A DNA stretch of 64,000 bases from an uncultured candidate division Zixibacteria bacterium (GTDB taxonomy: Bacteria; Zixibacteria; MSB-5A5; GN15; FEB-12), in NCBI GenBank assembly GCA_963806185.1, contig CAWDXE010000008.1, positions 57,639-121,638 of the forward strand, in the 5' to 3' direction. This document shows positions 62,360 to 64,000 of the stretch, one piece after another (the first letter of the stretch is position 1; each line of letters begins with the position of its first letter). A program made the position numbers and the translations under genes. The notes under the pieces are model-generated. The model was given only the letters and a program-made list of their open reading frames with translations, did not search any database and had not been told where the DNA came from.

Positions 62360-64000
62360 ATGCGCAAAGGCGTAATCTCTGCTGTCTCGGCCTGCTTTTG
62401 GCCGCGCTCTTCTGCAACGTCGCTCTGGCCCAGGTTGCCACGCGGCCGCACTATCCGGTCACTCTTATCGACCCGGTCGTCGACGACTACTGGGGTGTGA
62501 GTATACGTGACGAATACCGATGGCTGGAGAATCAGTCCGATCCCGCCGTCGTCGTCTGGACGCAGGCACAAAATGACTTCGCCCTCGCCACTATCAACAA
62601 GTACCCGGATCATGACAAGATCAGAAACTACCTCAATAACATCTACAATTTCGAAGCTCCGAACTACTTCGGCATCGTCAGTCGCCCCGGCATCCTCTTC
62701 GCCTACAAAGATGCACCGCCCAAACAGCAGCCGCTGATCATTACGCTCTCCGTTTCCGCCGATACTTCTTCGGCCAAGGTAGTCTTCGATCCGTCTGCGT
62801 TCGATTCAACCGGCCAGACCGCCGTCGACTGGTTTGTGCCTTCGCTCGACGGCCGCTTGGTCGCGATGTCTCTCTCGAAAAACGGCAGCGAGGACGGCTC
62901 GTTGTACATCTTCGAAACCGCCACCGGCAAGCAGCTTCCCGACGTTATCCCGCGCGTCCAGTTCCCCACCGCCGGCGGCTCCGTCTCATGGAACGCCGAC
63001 AACTCCGGCGTCTTCTACACTCGCTTCCCCGCGCCCGGCGAAAAGACGGGTGACGACATTCACTTCTACCAGCAGGTCTGGTTCCACAAACTCGGCACGC
63101 CGATCGACAAAGACACCTATGCGCTCGGCAAAGAATTTCCGCGCATTGCTGAAGTCGCACTGGAGTCTACTCCCGATGGCAAATACTCCATGGCGACTGT
63201 TTCCAACGGCGACGGCGGCGAATACGAACACTTCGTGGCCGGCCCCGACGGCAAGTGGGTGCAACTGACCAAATTCGAGGATCAGGTCACCTCCGCAAAG
63301 TTCGGCCGCGACGGGTCCCTCTATCTTCTGTCGCACAAGAATGCCCCCAACGGCCAGATCTATCGCCTTCCGCTCACCGATCTCGAGCTGGAGAAGACGA
63401 CCTTGGCGGTGACCGAATCGAAAGATGCCTCCATCATCGACTTCTGCCCCGGCACCGACAAGATGTACATCGTCGATATGAAGGGCGGCCCCTCCCAATT
63501 GCGCGCTGTCGATCTCCACGGCGGTCAGCCATCCGTCATTGCCACCGAACCGATTTCCTCCGTCGGCGGCCTCGAGTGGGTCAGCGCCGACGAAATCCTC
63601 TTCTCGCAGTCGTCGTACACCAAACCCGGTGCCTGGTACCGGTACGATCCATCCAAGAATGAACCGGTGCGCACCCAGCTCGTTCGTCAGTCAAAAGTGA
63701 ACTACGACGATTGCATCGTCACCCGCGAATTCGCCACCTCCAAGGATGGCACCAAAGTGCCCTTGAATGTCTTCCGTCGCAAAGACGCGCAACTCACCGG
63801 CAATAATCCGACTATCCTCTACGGTTACGGCGGCTACGGCATCAACATGAGTCCCGGCTTTTCCATCTGGACGCGTCTCTGGTTGGATCACGGCGGCATC
63901 TATGTCGTCGCCAATCTGCGCGGTGGCGGAGAATTCGGCGAGACCTGGCATCAGCAGGGAAATCTGACGAAAAAGCAAAACGTCTTTGACGATTTTGCCG
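62360..64000 (+). CDS. S9A prolyl oligopeptidase, secreted (partial; probable frameshift near 62378)
   Basis: VVDDYWGVSIRDEYRWLEN, WFHKLGTP, SKDGTKVPL, PTILYGYGGYG, ANLRGGGEFGETWH, KKQNVFDDF; runs off the window. Confidence 0.93.

Noticed and set aside
59576..62360. Intact prophage
   Set aside because: Only two phage-type genes are present; no integrase, capsid, tail or att sites, and both flanks are host genes.

Overview
A roughly 58-60% GC (visual estimate) bacterial chromosome segment with a C-rich + strand. It is most likely from candidate phylum Zixibacteria, inferred from the Cys-flanked dockerin-like protein and the T9SS-CTD-like secreted proteins. Most genes are housekeeping or metabolic: rnr, mreB, an oxidative pentose-phosphate operon (rpe-pgi-tkt-gnd-zwf-opcA-ybjQ), pgl-glk-thiN, maeB, rocD, cobB, pyrK-pyrD-pyrF and an ECF sigma/anti-sigma/Spy cluster. 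The most notable feature is an orphan phage DNA-packaging pair (portal-like protein plus terminase large subunit, 59640-62181) wedged between two host genes with no other phage genes nearby. About 48 kb away sits a sigma-region-4 + CxxC/HxxxH zinc-finger gene paired with an RHH gene. Together these are a candidate domesticated, split-locus GTA-like system (inference). Also notable: a NuoE/NuoF/(GltD+NuoG-like fusion) complex resembling Bfu-family electron-bifurcating enzymes behind a Rex-like operator; a low-GC redoxin + Cys-rich secreted peptide locus; a PEP-CTERM gene with a sigma54 promoter; at least six co-oriented REP-like families assembled into mosaics; and an IS481-family element inserted inside one REP with a 10-bp duplication. 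Many single-base frameshifts (tkt, 37-43 kb, the IS, portal, POP) look like long-read assembly errors. No rRNA, tRNA or CRISPR array was recognised.
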